The notes beneath the pieces are model-generated. The model did no database searches. It was not told where the DNA came from and saw only the letters and a list, made by a program, of their open reading frames with translations. Positions 24,128 to 36,486 of a DNA stretch of 64,000 bases are shown here, in pieces. Origin of the DNA: Vermamoeba vermiformis. Taxonomy: Eukaryota. The stretch lies in contig JBEWZL010000132.1 of NCBI GenBank assembly GCA_045837725.1, positions 186,001 through 250,000 on the forward strand. The letters are read 5' to 3'. How positions within the stretch are numbered: the first letter of the stretch is position 1; the number at the start of each line of letters is the position of its first letter. The translations under genes were made by a program, and so were the position numbers.

Positions 24128-27100
24128 ATGCAGGCGTTTAATCTGGTCCCTCTCATCGCTGAACGTGATTGGAAATTTGACTCTAAGATCCAATCTGTTG
24201 CCTCGTCTGGTGCGTTGTATTAATTATATTGCTTGTGTATTAATTGCCCGTTAATAAGGAATTATTATAAATTATTTTTGCTGATTAATATGTCTTAATG
24301 ACTTTCAATTTAGATGCGCAATTATACGTGGGCACATCCGATGGAAAATTGATATTATACAGCGTGGAGATCAATAGTGATGATGAAAAGCCCACAGCAC
24401 GAGTCAAACAAGACAAAATTCGAGATCTCGGTCACGGCAAGAAAGCAGTGGTCAAGCTGGAAGTGTTCCGCGAAGTGGGGCTATTAATAGCACTGTGCGA
24501 CGGCTACATTGACGCGCTGAACATGTACAGTCTCGAGCCCGCGACCCCGCTGCCGATCAGCAAGGGCGTGACAGCCTTCACCGTGCACGTGGTGGGGGGC
24601 AGCTACTTTGTGACACTCGAAGTCAAGCGACGACTGGTCATCTACGAGTACACAGGCCGCTACGAACTCATCAAAGAACTGCAGCTCAATGAAGTGCCGC
24701 TCGACCTGGCCTGGATCGGCAGTGCCAAGCTGGTGCTCATGTACAAGAAAGAGTACGTGCTGGTGGACATCAACGACTACCATCACCCGCACAATGTCAA
24801 CACCACGCCCATCACGCTGCTGCCCAATGAGAAGCACCCTGCCATGCGCGTCATTTCTGAGAAAGAAGTGCTGCTCAAACAGGACAGTATCCTAATTAGG
24901 CAATATTATTAGTTGATCTTTGCTTGTTGCGTCATAGTTCTCCTTAATTCTAAAAATAGATCTCGGAGTGTTCCTCGCCCCGTCAGTGCCACCCACCGCA
25001 TCACGTGGCAGCATCAGCTTCAACAAGCCTGCCTCGTTCATGGCATTCAAGCGACCATATATAGTATCTGTCCAAAATAGGCAAATCGAAGTGCACAATC
25101 TGACCAATCAGAAATCAATGCAAGTAATTCCGCTCCCATCCACCGAGTATCTCGGAATATACGATGGTGGCACGTGGCGCTTTGCCGGGGCACCAATCCC
25201 CGCGAGCACACTGACGCTGTGGGCGAGTGATCACGTGACTGCCCTGGTGCCACTGCCCATCGCCGTGCAAGTCACCGCGCTGATTCGAGCGGGCAGTGTC
25301 GATGAGGGACTCGCGCTGTACAAGACCGCGCAAAAAGGAGCACGTGACACGACCCTGACCGCGAGTCGATCACGTGCTGGCGTGGGACCTGCGCAGATCT
25401 ACGACGAACAGCTGGCACAGTTTGAAGAGCTGGCGGGTGACGTGTTGATGGAGAACTTGCGCATTGAACAGGTGAGTGGCACCTGGCACGTGTCGCCGAG
25501 TACTGATCGCTTGCTATATTAGGCAATGGCACACTACAGTCACGCGACACGCTTGGATCCGCGCAAGCTGATTGGTTACTTCCCAGACCTCGTGTCGCGC
25601 TCTAATTCAGTGAACCGCGCAGTGCCGCAGCCGCCAATCACCTACGCGGAGATTTTGAAGCGCAACGGTCAAGCACAGCAAGAGACACGTGTCAAAGAGC
25701 TGACGGCACTCGCCAAGTCATTTTTGATGCGCTATTTAGAGGACATTAAGCGCCAGCGCAAATTCGATGCTGTCACCATCAAGGTATTACCAAATATGGC
25801 AATGATTGACCGCAATCACTCATTTCCTAATTAGGACATTGACGTGGCACTGTTCAAGCTGTACGCGACGGAATATCACCCCGAGGAGATTGCACCGAAT
25901 GCACCGAAGCCAGTGGCACCCCCGTGCGATGTGAATGCTAAAAATATCTCCGATCTGATCACGCAGGACAGCGAGCTAAATATAGAAGAGCTCGAGCAGT
26001 ACTGTCTGCAGGGCCAGTACTACAAGGCGCTGGCACTCATTTATCGCCACACGCACCGCTATCGCAAGGCCCTCGAAGTCTGGTCCAAGTATGCCACTTG
26101 CCTTATTTGGTCATGCGTCACTGACACGCTAATTTTAGACTCGCCACGCACGAGTACGTCGATCCGACCACGCACGGCTTCAGCACCACAGCCCCGCACG
26201 GCGTTCATGAAGCGAGTGAACTGCTGTCGACGGTGAGTGACGTGGAGCTGATCAGCGAGCACGCGCCCTGGCTGCACAAGCTCTCTACCAGGGCACTCGT
26301 CACCGTGCTCACTGCCCCGCGCAATGTGCCACTGCCTCCTCGCGCCGTGCTCTCGTGGATACGCTCCACCACGTGGGGCAATGAATTGGAGGGCACGTGG
26401 CTGGAACACGTGGTGTCGCAGGGACCTCCGCAGGGTTCAGTGAAAGACTGGGAGTGGAGTCACACCGAGCTGGCACTGTGGTACTTGCAACAACTGCGCG
26501 CTCTCACTGGCACCAGCTGTAAGTGATGCTATTTATAGCAACAGGGTCCTGACTTACCATTGCCAAATTAGGGAACAAGACCTTGCCCTCGCGCAGTGAC
26601 TCGACCTCAGCCGCGGCCTCGGCACTCAGCTCCGCAACTGTGCGCGCCAAACTGCAGCGGCTATTAATAGACTCGCGCTACTACAATCCACTCACGGTGC
26701 TGCAGCTCGTGAATGCCATCAGTAATCCCGCTGATTCTCCGCAAGATCGATCGCAAGGGCCGCAACTGACCGAAGAGTGCATTACCTTATATGGCAAGAT
26801 GGGTGACTACGAAAAGGCGCTGGATCTGATCGTGTATCAGCTCAAGGACTACGACAGAGCGGAACAATTCTGCGTGTCTCAAGATGGACATCATGTCGGT
26901 GCAGGTCTGAGTGTGACACCTGTCAACGAGAATGACGCGTCCGCTGCCCAACGACCTCTGCCAGCGAGCAGTGTGATGCTGCTGCACCTGCTCAAGCTGT
27001 ATCTAAAATTAGAACAGTCCGATCCGATCACCAAGTACGTACCACAACGTGTTCTATTTTTAGCAAATGACTGACACGTGACAGATTGCCAGAGCGCGCG

Positions 27101-27487
27101 CTGCACTTGCTGAACAAATACCCGCACGAACTGGACCCCGTGAGTGTGCTGGCACTGGTCTCGGAGGACGTTCCGATCATGACTGCCATGCACTTCCTCA
27201 AGGCCTCCATGCGCCGACACGTGCAGCAGTCACGTGAGCTCGCGATTGTGAATCAATTGGAGCGCGTGCAGCACTTGAGCGTCAATCTGCGCAAGATGCA
27301 GTACACGACGCGATCGGTGCGCGTGACACGTGACTCGATCTGTCCCGTGTGTCGCCAGCCCATCGGTGACAAGGTGTTTGCCTATTATCCGAATGGGGTC
27401 GTGGTGCACTTCAAGTGCTTCAATCCCAATGAGCCGCACAAGTGTCCCGTCACTGAACGAAATTTCAAAGCCAATCCCATGCCCTGA
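24128..27487 (+). CDS. Vps39/Vam6/TGFBRAP1-family HOPS/CORVET subunit
   Basis: CNH beta-propeller (LYVGTSDGKL), clathrin-like repeat and C-terminal CPVCRQPIGDKVFAYYPNGVVVHFKC zinc finger. Confidence 0.92.
24887..24959 (+). other. Probable U12-type (minor spliceosome) GT-AG intron
   Basis: 5' site GTATCCTA and branch-like TCCTTAAT at 24941-24948 close to the AG; splicing gives KQDNLGVF. Confidence 0.75.
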
Positions 27488-27689
27488 TGGGTGGGCAGTG
27501 CATTGCTGAGGGCTATTTTTAGCCCACCCTCTCTTGTAAATAACACGCACGTGCTGTAAAGAATTGCTGTCAAATTTTATTCGCGAGCGGAATAACTGTA
27601 ACAAATACTATTAATAGCCCTGGTGGATTTGCACACCTCCCAGGCGAGCAGACAGAGGTCAGTCAATGACACGTGTCACAGCGCGAGTC

Positions 27690-28669
27690 CTAACTCTGCC
27701 ACAGAATGCGTTGTTCGGGCAGCAACGGCTCTTTCTCGCGGTCCAGCGTCACGAGCACCGAGTCCCCGCCCACCACGCGGTACAGCAGTGCCAGCACACT
27801 GCCCAACACGAAGCCTGCGGGCAGTGCAATCACCATGTAGAGCTCCAGCGCGGTGAGGGCGGTGTCGAGGGCCAGCTGCACTTTTAATACGCCGAACAAC
27901 AGTCCGAACATGATGCCTGCAAAGATGGCTCCGAACAGCAACACGATCAGCTGCAAAGATGTCAATGCGAGAGTGGCATAATATTAGTAACAGTCAACTA
28001 CCTGCTTGCTGGAGGGCAAATAGCCGTGCGGACAACAACCACATCCGAGCTTCTCAAATATGCCGAGCGTGATGAACTCGAGCAGTGTGAAGGTGAATAC
28101 GAGGCTGAGACTGATTGCTATCTGCGAGAAGAGCACTAAGTGCAGCACTTGCGCGTGATTGTCCGTGTTCGCGTCGTTGATGAAGCGGATGGCGAGACAG
28201 CTGACGGCAGAGAGGAACACGGACACTGTCAGACTCGCCACCACTGCTCGCTTGGCACGGGAGGTGGAGGTCTTCAATACGCGCCATATCATCACTCCTG
28301 AGATCATCATGAAGCACACGGCGAATATGAGCGAGAACACCAGCGAGTGGTAGATCTCGATCAGACTGCAACACGTGTCAGTGCGTGTATGTATATGAAT
28401 AGATGCAGTAATTAGATGTAGTAGCGCATAAACGCATTAGATAGGGCATATTAATAAATTATTTTCCTAAATTTCTGCTTTCAATTTTGCGGATTTTGTT
28501 TTGACACGTTGTAATAGGCCAATAAATCACTCGATTCTATAAGGCCATGTAGCATGTAATAGCAATCACCTAATGCAATCACCTACCAGTTCGCAGTGAG
28601 TTCTCCGAGCACCGTGCCCAACAGTGCGCCACACACCATGGCCAGCACCAAGCGACAATCGCACTTCAT
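27690..28669 (-). CDS. Hypothetical polytopic membrane protein
   Basis: Several hydrophobic helices over three or more exons and a C-terminal acidic dileucine-like EKEPLL. Confidence 0.7.
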
Positions 28670-28910
28670 GGATGCAGCTCTGAGGTGTGTGGTACGAGGT
28701 GTCGCGTGTGCGTGGTGTGACGGGCACTGCTTCGCGAAGGTCATCTACCAGGGCCGGGAAGTTTCTGCGGGATTTTTGCGGTGAAAAAAAATACTCTTTT
28801 CAGAACGAATTAACGAAGACTACAACGCGTAGCATTGATTTATAACAAGTTAAACGCACTTGTTGTACATTTTTTTTATTATACATATTTCAGCCACAAA
28901 ACACCTCACG

Positions 28911-31900
28911 AGTACGTTCTCGGATCCACAAATAATTATTAATTATTTTAGAAAATTATTAATAATTCAACGATGACGGTTATTTTTGAATAATTGATGC
29001 GTATCATATAATAATGATGTCTTTTGTATTATAGTGTCAAATAATAAACTAGAAGAATTTTTGGATGACGAAAATGTAGAGTGCCCAATGTGTATGGAGA
29101 CTCTCGATATAACTGACAGATGTTTCAAGCCTTGCAAGTGCGGGTATCAGGTACGTGCAGTTAATAGCATTGAATTCATTGTTTCCGCTATTTTATCAAT
29201 TTTTTTTAAATTACTGGATTTCGCGCTAATTACTCCTGAACAGCTGTGCAGTTTCTGTTGGCATCATATTAAAGAAAATCTCGGCGGCAAATGTCCTGCG
29301 TGTAGACAGCCATATAATCCCGAGAATTATGAGTTTATAAAACCAAATCCAGAACTGTAAGTCCGATCGCGGTTTCAAACCGCTCATCACGACTTCAAAT
29401 AATTGTCCTTACTGATACTATATAATTATCATAGTGTTCAGAAGCTAGAGAACGAGAAGCGACAACAAGAACGAAACAAAAAAGCACATCCGCACAGCGA
29501 AGAGCGTCGTCAATTAGCGAATATGCGCGTAGTGCAGCGCAATCTCGTCTATGTGACGAACTTAGCGATGAGCATAGCCAAAGAGGACATATTGAAGAGT
29601 GCGAGCTACTTTGGCCAGTACGGCAAGATCCTCAAAGTGGTGGTGAACAAGAACACGGTCTATCAGAGTCCGCAGGGCCCGAGTGTCTCCTGCTACATCA
29701 CCTATCACCGCGCTGACGAAGCACTCCTCGCCATCGTCAGTGTCGATGGGGCCACGCTGCAAGGTCGGATCGTGCGCGCCTCGTTCGGCACCACCAAGTA
29801 CTGCCAGCACTTCCTCAAGGTCTACAACGGCCCTCTCACTGGCCTGCCCCCTGGTCAGACCCTGCAGTCCTCGGGGCTGCTCAACAGCGGGGCCGTGGTG
29901 CGCGTCACGTGTCCCAATCCCGAGTGCATGTACCTGCACGAGCTCGGTCCGCTGCAGGACTCGTTCACCAAAGAGGACATGGCCATGGGCAAGCACCTCG
30001 CCTCGCTCGATCCCGTCATACAGCACATCCTGCAACAGGCCAAAGAGGCGCCGCTGACGGTGAGTGGCAGCTACAAGTCCGCACTGCCCCCCGCACGTCA
30101 AGATCTGCTGCAGCCGCTCTACGAACAGATGGCTGCTGAGCGCGCCAAAGAGGAGCGCAGTGCACTGTCGAGCAGCAGCGAGCACGTGACAGCCACGCCG
30201 AACAGTGCCACGAGTGCCCTCAAGACCCCCGCGAAGAATGTGTGGAAGACACTGCCACCCACCAACCCTGTGTCGATTGCGAGCACGATCAGCGAGAAGA
30301 GTGCCAAGCCACTCAGTGCCTCGATGACTGTCAAGCCTGTCAGCAAGCCCGAGCCCGTGCTGTCCACCTCACCCAAGCTCAGCAGCAGTGTGGCACTCAC
30401 GCCCAGTCCCCCGCTCAGCTCGAGTGCGGCACTGAACACGAGTGAGTGGCCAGATCTGCTCAAGGCCAGTGCTGTCAATGGCAAGGACGGCGAGCAGCCT
30501 GCGAGTGAAGAGGAGGAAGTGGAGCGTGTCGTGGAGCCTGCGAGCAAGAAGAAGAAGGGCGCCAAGCCACCACACCACTAGCAGCGCAGCGAGTACTAGC
30601 AACAGTGCACCGAGCAGTGCCAGCTCCAGCGAGTTGAGTGCCAGTCAGAGTGCCTTGCCCGCGACAGCACGCTGGGCCAAGAAGCAGAAGCACGAGCTCA
30701 CCGCCAGCTCTGACAGCGTGCCTGCCAGTCCTGCCCCCACCAGCACCACCAAGAAGCACGTGATTGTAGTCGAGCAGACAGAGAGTGCCACCAAGTCGAG
30801 TGAGACAGCCGATGACAGCTGGCCCTCTTTGGCTGCATCGGGCACTGCTCCGAGCAAAGAGAAAGAAGAGCGACGCGAATCACGTGGCAAGAACAAGAAG
30901 CGACGCGATGAGAGCGAGACTCCTGCTAATAATAGTGCCGCTGCGGCTAATAATAGCCCCACTCAGGCCACACCTGCTGCACCGACCAAGCCAGAGAGTG
31001 ACAGCAAGAAGAAGAGTGCCACCAATAGTGCTGCTAATAATAGCGCGGAGAGTGAGCGCAAGACAGAGGCGAGTGCTAATAATAGAACCACGAGTGACAG
31101 CACTGTCAAGACCACTCCGACAGCAGTGCCACCCAAGCCCCGCACGGTGATTGATCTCGATGCCGTCCCCGCAGCGAGTGACAGCGATGCCAGCAAGCAC
31201 AGTGCCACCACGGAGAGTGTGGATCAGTTGCAGTGGATCAGCGCGCACGTGAGTGATCTCGTGCTCAGCGACAAGGACACGGTACCACTCGCTGCGCCCA
31301 ACACTGCCCCTGTAGCCCCGCCCCCCGGCACGCACACCCCTGGCGCACTGAGCTCGCTGTTCCCCTTCGCCAGCAACAGTGTCTGGACACCACTCAAGGG
31401 CGAGGCACCCACCGCACTCAGCAGTCTCGAGGCCTCGCTCGCTGCACAGCCCACACCTGCGCAGACCTCACCGCGTCAACGCTCCAGATTTCAGTTCGCC
31501 AATCAGAACAGCGCTGCTGGCACGAACGAGGCTAAAAATAGCAGCAGCGTGCCCGTGACGAGTCATCTGTTCAACGAAGAAGATCTGCGCAACACCTTCA
31601 AGGCCCTGCTGCCCAATGTGAACATCTCGTTTGACAGCAACAACAGCTTCAAGGGCCCTGAGGACAGCACTGGCACCACCCCTGCTGTCAACACCGCCGC
31701 TGCTGTCAACATCAATTCACTCACCGACTTCCCGAGCTTGAAGAACACCGCGCTGCCCCCGCACACGCAGCCCCCGCAGTCGCAGTTGATGGCGCAGTTG
31801 TTTGCCGCGCACCCCATGGGACACTCCGCGCCGTTCAACAACGCCCCGTTTGGTGCTAATAATAGCAGCAAGATGTACGGCACGAGCGAGAATCAGCTCA

Positions 31901-32475
31901 ACGAACTCAACCACACGCTCAACAGTCTCATGTTCCCCGCGCAGAGCACTCCTCCGCCCTACACGGCCCCCAAACAGGGCAGTGGCACGTGGCCCGCGAA
32001 CACCAGTGGCGGTGTGGCCCTGGACAGCAACAATCCACTGCAAGCACTGCTGGGCATGAACGACTCGATCTGGCAGGGCAAGCAGTCGCACGCAGCACCG
32101 AGTCAGGGCCCGCCACCGAGCACCAGTGCGGCTAATAATAGCAACAACACCTCTGCGGGGCTGTTCTATCAACAGCTGCAACAACTGCAACAGCTGCAAC
32201 AGATGCAACACCAGCAGCAGCAACAGACGCCGCAACAGCCCTACTTCAGCACCTTCCAACAGCCGCTCGTCACGCAGAACTTGTTCCTCATCAATCAGAT
32301 CTCGCAGCCTGGCCCGCAACAGTGGCCGCAACAGCAGACTCAGTTCAGAGCTGCGCCCAACAACAGCAACACTGCCCCGAGTCCCTGGGGTGCCACCACT
32401 CCGCTCTCCTATCCGCAGCAGCATGCCATCAACAATTTTCCGCCCAACGGCATGCCGCACGGATTCAATCTATAA
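28911..32475 (+). CDS. CNOT4: CCR4-NOT E3 ligase NOT4 (RING, RRM, CCCH), with a frame break near 30570
   Basis: CPMCMETLDITDRCFKPCKCGYQ, CPACRQPY, RVVQRNLVYV, ASFGTTKYC and CPNPECMYLH; the low-complexity C-terminal half lies in a different frame. Confidence 0.92.
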
Positions 32476-32555
32476 ATAGCCGCGCGAACCTCTTGTACAT
32501 AGAATTAAACACTTGAACACCACAGCTGCCTATATATATACATATATTGCTCGTC

Positions 32556-33764
32556 ATGTCGATATTCGTCACGATTCCGAGCTACAGGGACTCGGGTAAG
32601 TGAAGTGCGCGCATAGCACTGCATCCACTAATACACTGTTACAGAGTGTCAGCACACGATTGCAGATCTGCTCCACAAAGCGAAATTTCCGCAGCGCGTA
32701 TCATTTGGAGTCTGCTTTCAATACGACAAGGAGGCAGATCAGCACTGTCTCGCGCACTGGCCCAAAGAAATATTTTCAGAGCAGGTATAATGATCGGGGT
32801 GTATGACTGCAAGTTAAAACTAATATTCGTGGCTTAATACTTAAATTTGCATTATTAATAATTAATTTGACTTCCAGATCCGCGTTGATTACGTGGACTA
32901 CAGAGAAGCCACTGGACCTTGTTGGGCTCGATATAGAGCGCAGCAATTATATCGCGGCGAAGACTACTGGTTCTCTATTGACAGCCACATGCGCGCTGTG
33001 GAGCACTGGGATCAGCTGCTGATCGACTTGTTGCAGCAGTGCAGCTCCAGCAAGGCTATTATAACTGCTTATCCGCACGACTATACACTGCCCAATCAAC
33101 TCTCTGCGTACGTACTTGCACGAGTGAGCACATCCGCGTTGCAATTCTGAGAATTGACCTCTGATTCAGTGAAACACGGCCGATAGTGACCTGCGCCAAG
33201 CCACAGCTCGGGCCCGATCACATGTTGCGCGTTGAAGGCAAGCTATTAGTAGCTCCCACACCGCAGCCAATCCCCGCGCTATTTTGGGTGTCAGGCTTCA
33301 GCTTCTCACGTGCTCAAGCCCTGGTAGAAGTGCCGTACGATCCGCACCTGCCCCAACTGTTCTTCGGCGAGGAGAGCTCGATGACTGCGCGCTTGTGGAC
33401 GAGTGGCTGGGACTTCTACGCGCCTGGTCGCGTGGTGCTGTACCACCTGTGGTCACGTGATCATCGCCCCTCGTTCAGAGAAAACAAAGACATCAATCAC
33501 GCGCAGAAACGCTCGCAGCAACGTGTACATTACATATTGGGAAGGCTTGAGCACGTGGAGGACGAGTCTATCCTGCTAGAATTAGACAAATATGGCATTG
33601 ACACACGTTACAAAACACGTGATTTGGCGGACTTTCAGCGGCACTCTGGTGTCAATTTCCGTACTGGCGAGATCACAGAATACGCACAGCGAGGAGGCGT
33701 GGACAAGAAGCTATTTTTAGACTCCATCTTTGACTTGATAGCACAGTATTCAAATAAACAATGA
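32556..33764 (+). CDS. Skp1-hydroxyproline GlcNAc transferase-like protein (Gnt1/GT60 family)
   Basis: SIFVTIPSYRDSEC, GPCWARY, IDSHMR, EVPYDPHLPQLFFGEE and ARLWTSGWDFY; no signal anchor. Confidence 0.88.
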
Positions 33765-33769
33765 GCCAT

Positions 33770-35130
33770 GGTTTTAATTGGCTTCATTACTCATGTCATT
33801 GACCCAACCTTACTAGTACCATGGAGTTATACATTATAACCTGTTGTTGACCACAATTTCTCGCAGGATTGAGCATAAGGCCCAAATATTCAACATTGAC
33901 ACAAGTGCCAACCATACCTGGCACTCTGGTGTTGTTATTGTTTGCAACTGCCAGGAGAGATTGCCTCACCAGTGTCCTCCAATCTGAAAAGAATGCATGA
34001 ATAAATGAAGGGTCTTTAAGACATGCTGGGGATGGCTCACATCCAGGGAAGGACTTCATCCAACTGCCATACATGCTACCAACCCAGCCAGCTTGAACAA
34101 CTAAGGCCTATTTCTGTTGTAGTGGGGAGAGGCCACTATACCCTCCAATGGCTATGCAAACGCAGCCCTACTGGGAGAAACATGGGGCATTCAAAAGCAA
34201 ATGATGGGATGCTGCCTAAGTGTTGCTCAATAACCAGATCAGCCAGAACAGTCATGTAATACCAAAAAAAGAAGAGATCCAATTCTTCGAGAAGACACTC
34301 CCACAATAAAGCAATGTTCTACTTAGAACGGCGTTGGAGGATCATCTGCCATCCAGTGTGGATGGAAGATGGCCAGTCCGGCTCGGCTCGGTATCTTCTG
34401 GCTATCCGCCGTGTGAAATTGTTTGCAACCACGGAGAGTCCCTTAATCCCACATACTTTTTTGTATGCCTGGACCTGCCAGTGCGAAACCAATGCAGATC
34501 ATGGTTCACCGCCCTCTACCAATAAGAGAGTGGTGAGGCAAATGCAACCCCAATCAGGATTTTTTGCCGACAGCCACTTGTCCGACGGATCATGCCGAGC
34601 TAGTTATCACATCCTGGCTCTTGATCCATCTGGATTGGCATCCTAAAGATGAGAAGCCCAGCCAAGGGCGAGATGTCTGGCCCAGCTAAGTTATCCAGGC
34701 GGACCCAAATATTGTAGTGACATAAATTTGTATTTTTTGGCGGACGAGACGTCCGCCACTACATGATGTATGGTTGGCGGGCACAGTCCGTGGCATATGT
34801 CCAATTTTTGCCGGACAGGATGTCCACCTTAAGAAACAGATTTGACCTCTGTGGTGGGCAAAAATTGTACGTCCACCATTGCTGCTGACCATACATTGGC
34901 ACCCAGGGTACTGTGGCATCTTTGAGCATTCTGGCTGAATGCCTCGCATGTTCTACGAAGAACTCATGAGAACATCTAATCTGACGTCCAAACCCATCAG
35001 CAGCTGCTCACTTGGGCAGGATGACCTCCAAATAGACCATCAACACATCTATACTGTTGCAGGCTTGGATGCTACGAAATTGATTTACACTGTGATTTGG
35101 TGCAATAACCTTAGCTGAGCTGACAAGGAG
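33770..35130. other. CpG-depleted, compositionally foreign insertion (decayed transposon or viral relic?); boundaries approximate
   Basis: 1.4-kb gap between convergent genes; only 3 CpG in 33781-34320; lacks the host palindromes; only broken ORFs. Confidence 0.55.
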
Positions 35131-35154
35131 AGAACAACAACTGTACACGATTTA

Positions 35155-36312
35155 TTACAGACCACTGTATCTAGGGCCATCAATAGGCTCAGGGATCAGC
35201 TTAGTGTATTCTGTGCGCCGTTTGGTCTCGGCTGAGGCGCGCACACGTCGTACAGCGCGTATCACGATCCAGAGCACGAAGAGCACTGCGAACAGACCTC
35301 CCACTACCAGCACGACGTAGAACAGGACAGTGGGTGAGCATTCCTGTTTGATATTATTACATTGAGTTACACGTGCTCGAGCACTAGCCTTAACGTACTG
35401 TTTGTTGGGCAGCAGATGCGAACAGAAAGCTGCAGGGCTCAGGAGTGACCGTGTCCACGAGACAATAGTGATTCATCGGACACGGCGTTGGTTCGAGCAT
35501 GCCCTCGTGCGGACAATAATAGCCGATCGGACACGAATCCGGTTCAGTCATCTGTTGGCGCGGACAATAGCGGCCAGCAGGACAGGGTACAGGTCCTGGC
35601 AGTGCAGTCGAGGGACAGTACCACCGCGCTTGACACGCCACTGGCTCGCGCGTCTCTAGATCCGGACAGTACGTGCCTGCTGCACACGCGCGACACGCTG
35701 CACGCGAAGTAGCGCCGCGATCAGGATTGTAATAGCCCTGGCCACACGACTGACAGCGCACACTGCCATTGCGTGGTTCATATGAGCCTGCGCGACACTC
35801 GGTGCAGTTGAGCGAGCCAGCGCGATCTGCGTAGCTGCCTGCACGACAAGCGAGGCACGCCGAGGCATTGTACTGGTCGTTGTAGGTGCCTAGTGGACAG
35901 AGCGAGCAGTTGAGAGGCATCATACAGTAGCCTGCAGCGCATGTGCCTTCTAAGCGAGCAGTGGATTTGATCAGCTGTTTGTTGGTGCAATTCGCTGCAA
36001 TTTAGAATTAAGACGTGTTAATTTAATAATAATAGCAATAATTATTATGCACCACGCACCTGTTGAATATTCGCCAGGAGAGCAGCGAAGACAAAGCGCA
36101 GTCAAATTTCCTTGCGTGGCATTGAATTGCGTGGCGTTGATCTGCTCGATCACGTGATTGCTGTGCGCTGATTGGTCAGCAAGGTCTATCACGTGCTCTG
36201 CAGTGCGCTTGACATCGTCGATCAGGGTGATCTGCGTGAGAGTTTTGTTGACGACCGTGTGACTCAACACGCACACCCACAGTGCGAGATACAGTGCAGT
36301 GCGCATGTACAT
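35155..36312 (-). CDS. Type I membrane protein with Cys-rich GCC2/GCC3 (ephrin-receptor-like) repeats
   Basis: Signal peptide, repeated CPxGxYCP units, a TM helix and a short tail with YTKL. Confidence 0.85.
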
Positions 36313-36486
36313 ATATATATATATAACTATGCTAGTGTAGTGTAATGGGCTGTGAATGTACCAGCTGTGTGCACGACAGCTGCGCGTGAATGATTAATGA
36401 CCGCGACACTGCTCTGCAACACCACACCTCACTAGTCAATCATATTAATAGTGTACTAGATATATAACACCTAGTCTATTTGCACG

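Noticed and set aside
33796-34074. VEYLGL in the insert ORF as a reverse-transcriptase motif
   Set aside because: No YxDD motif at a suitable spacing; too weak to assign.
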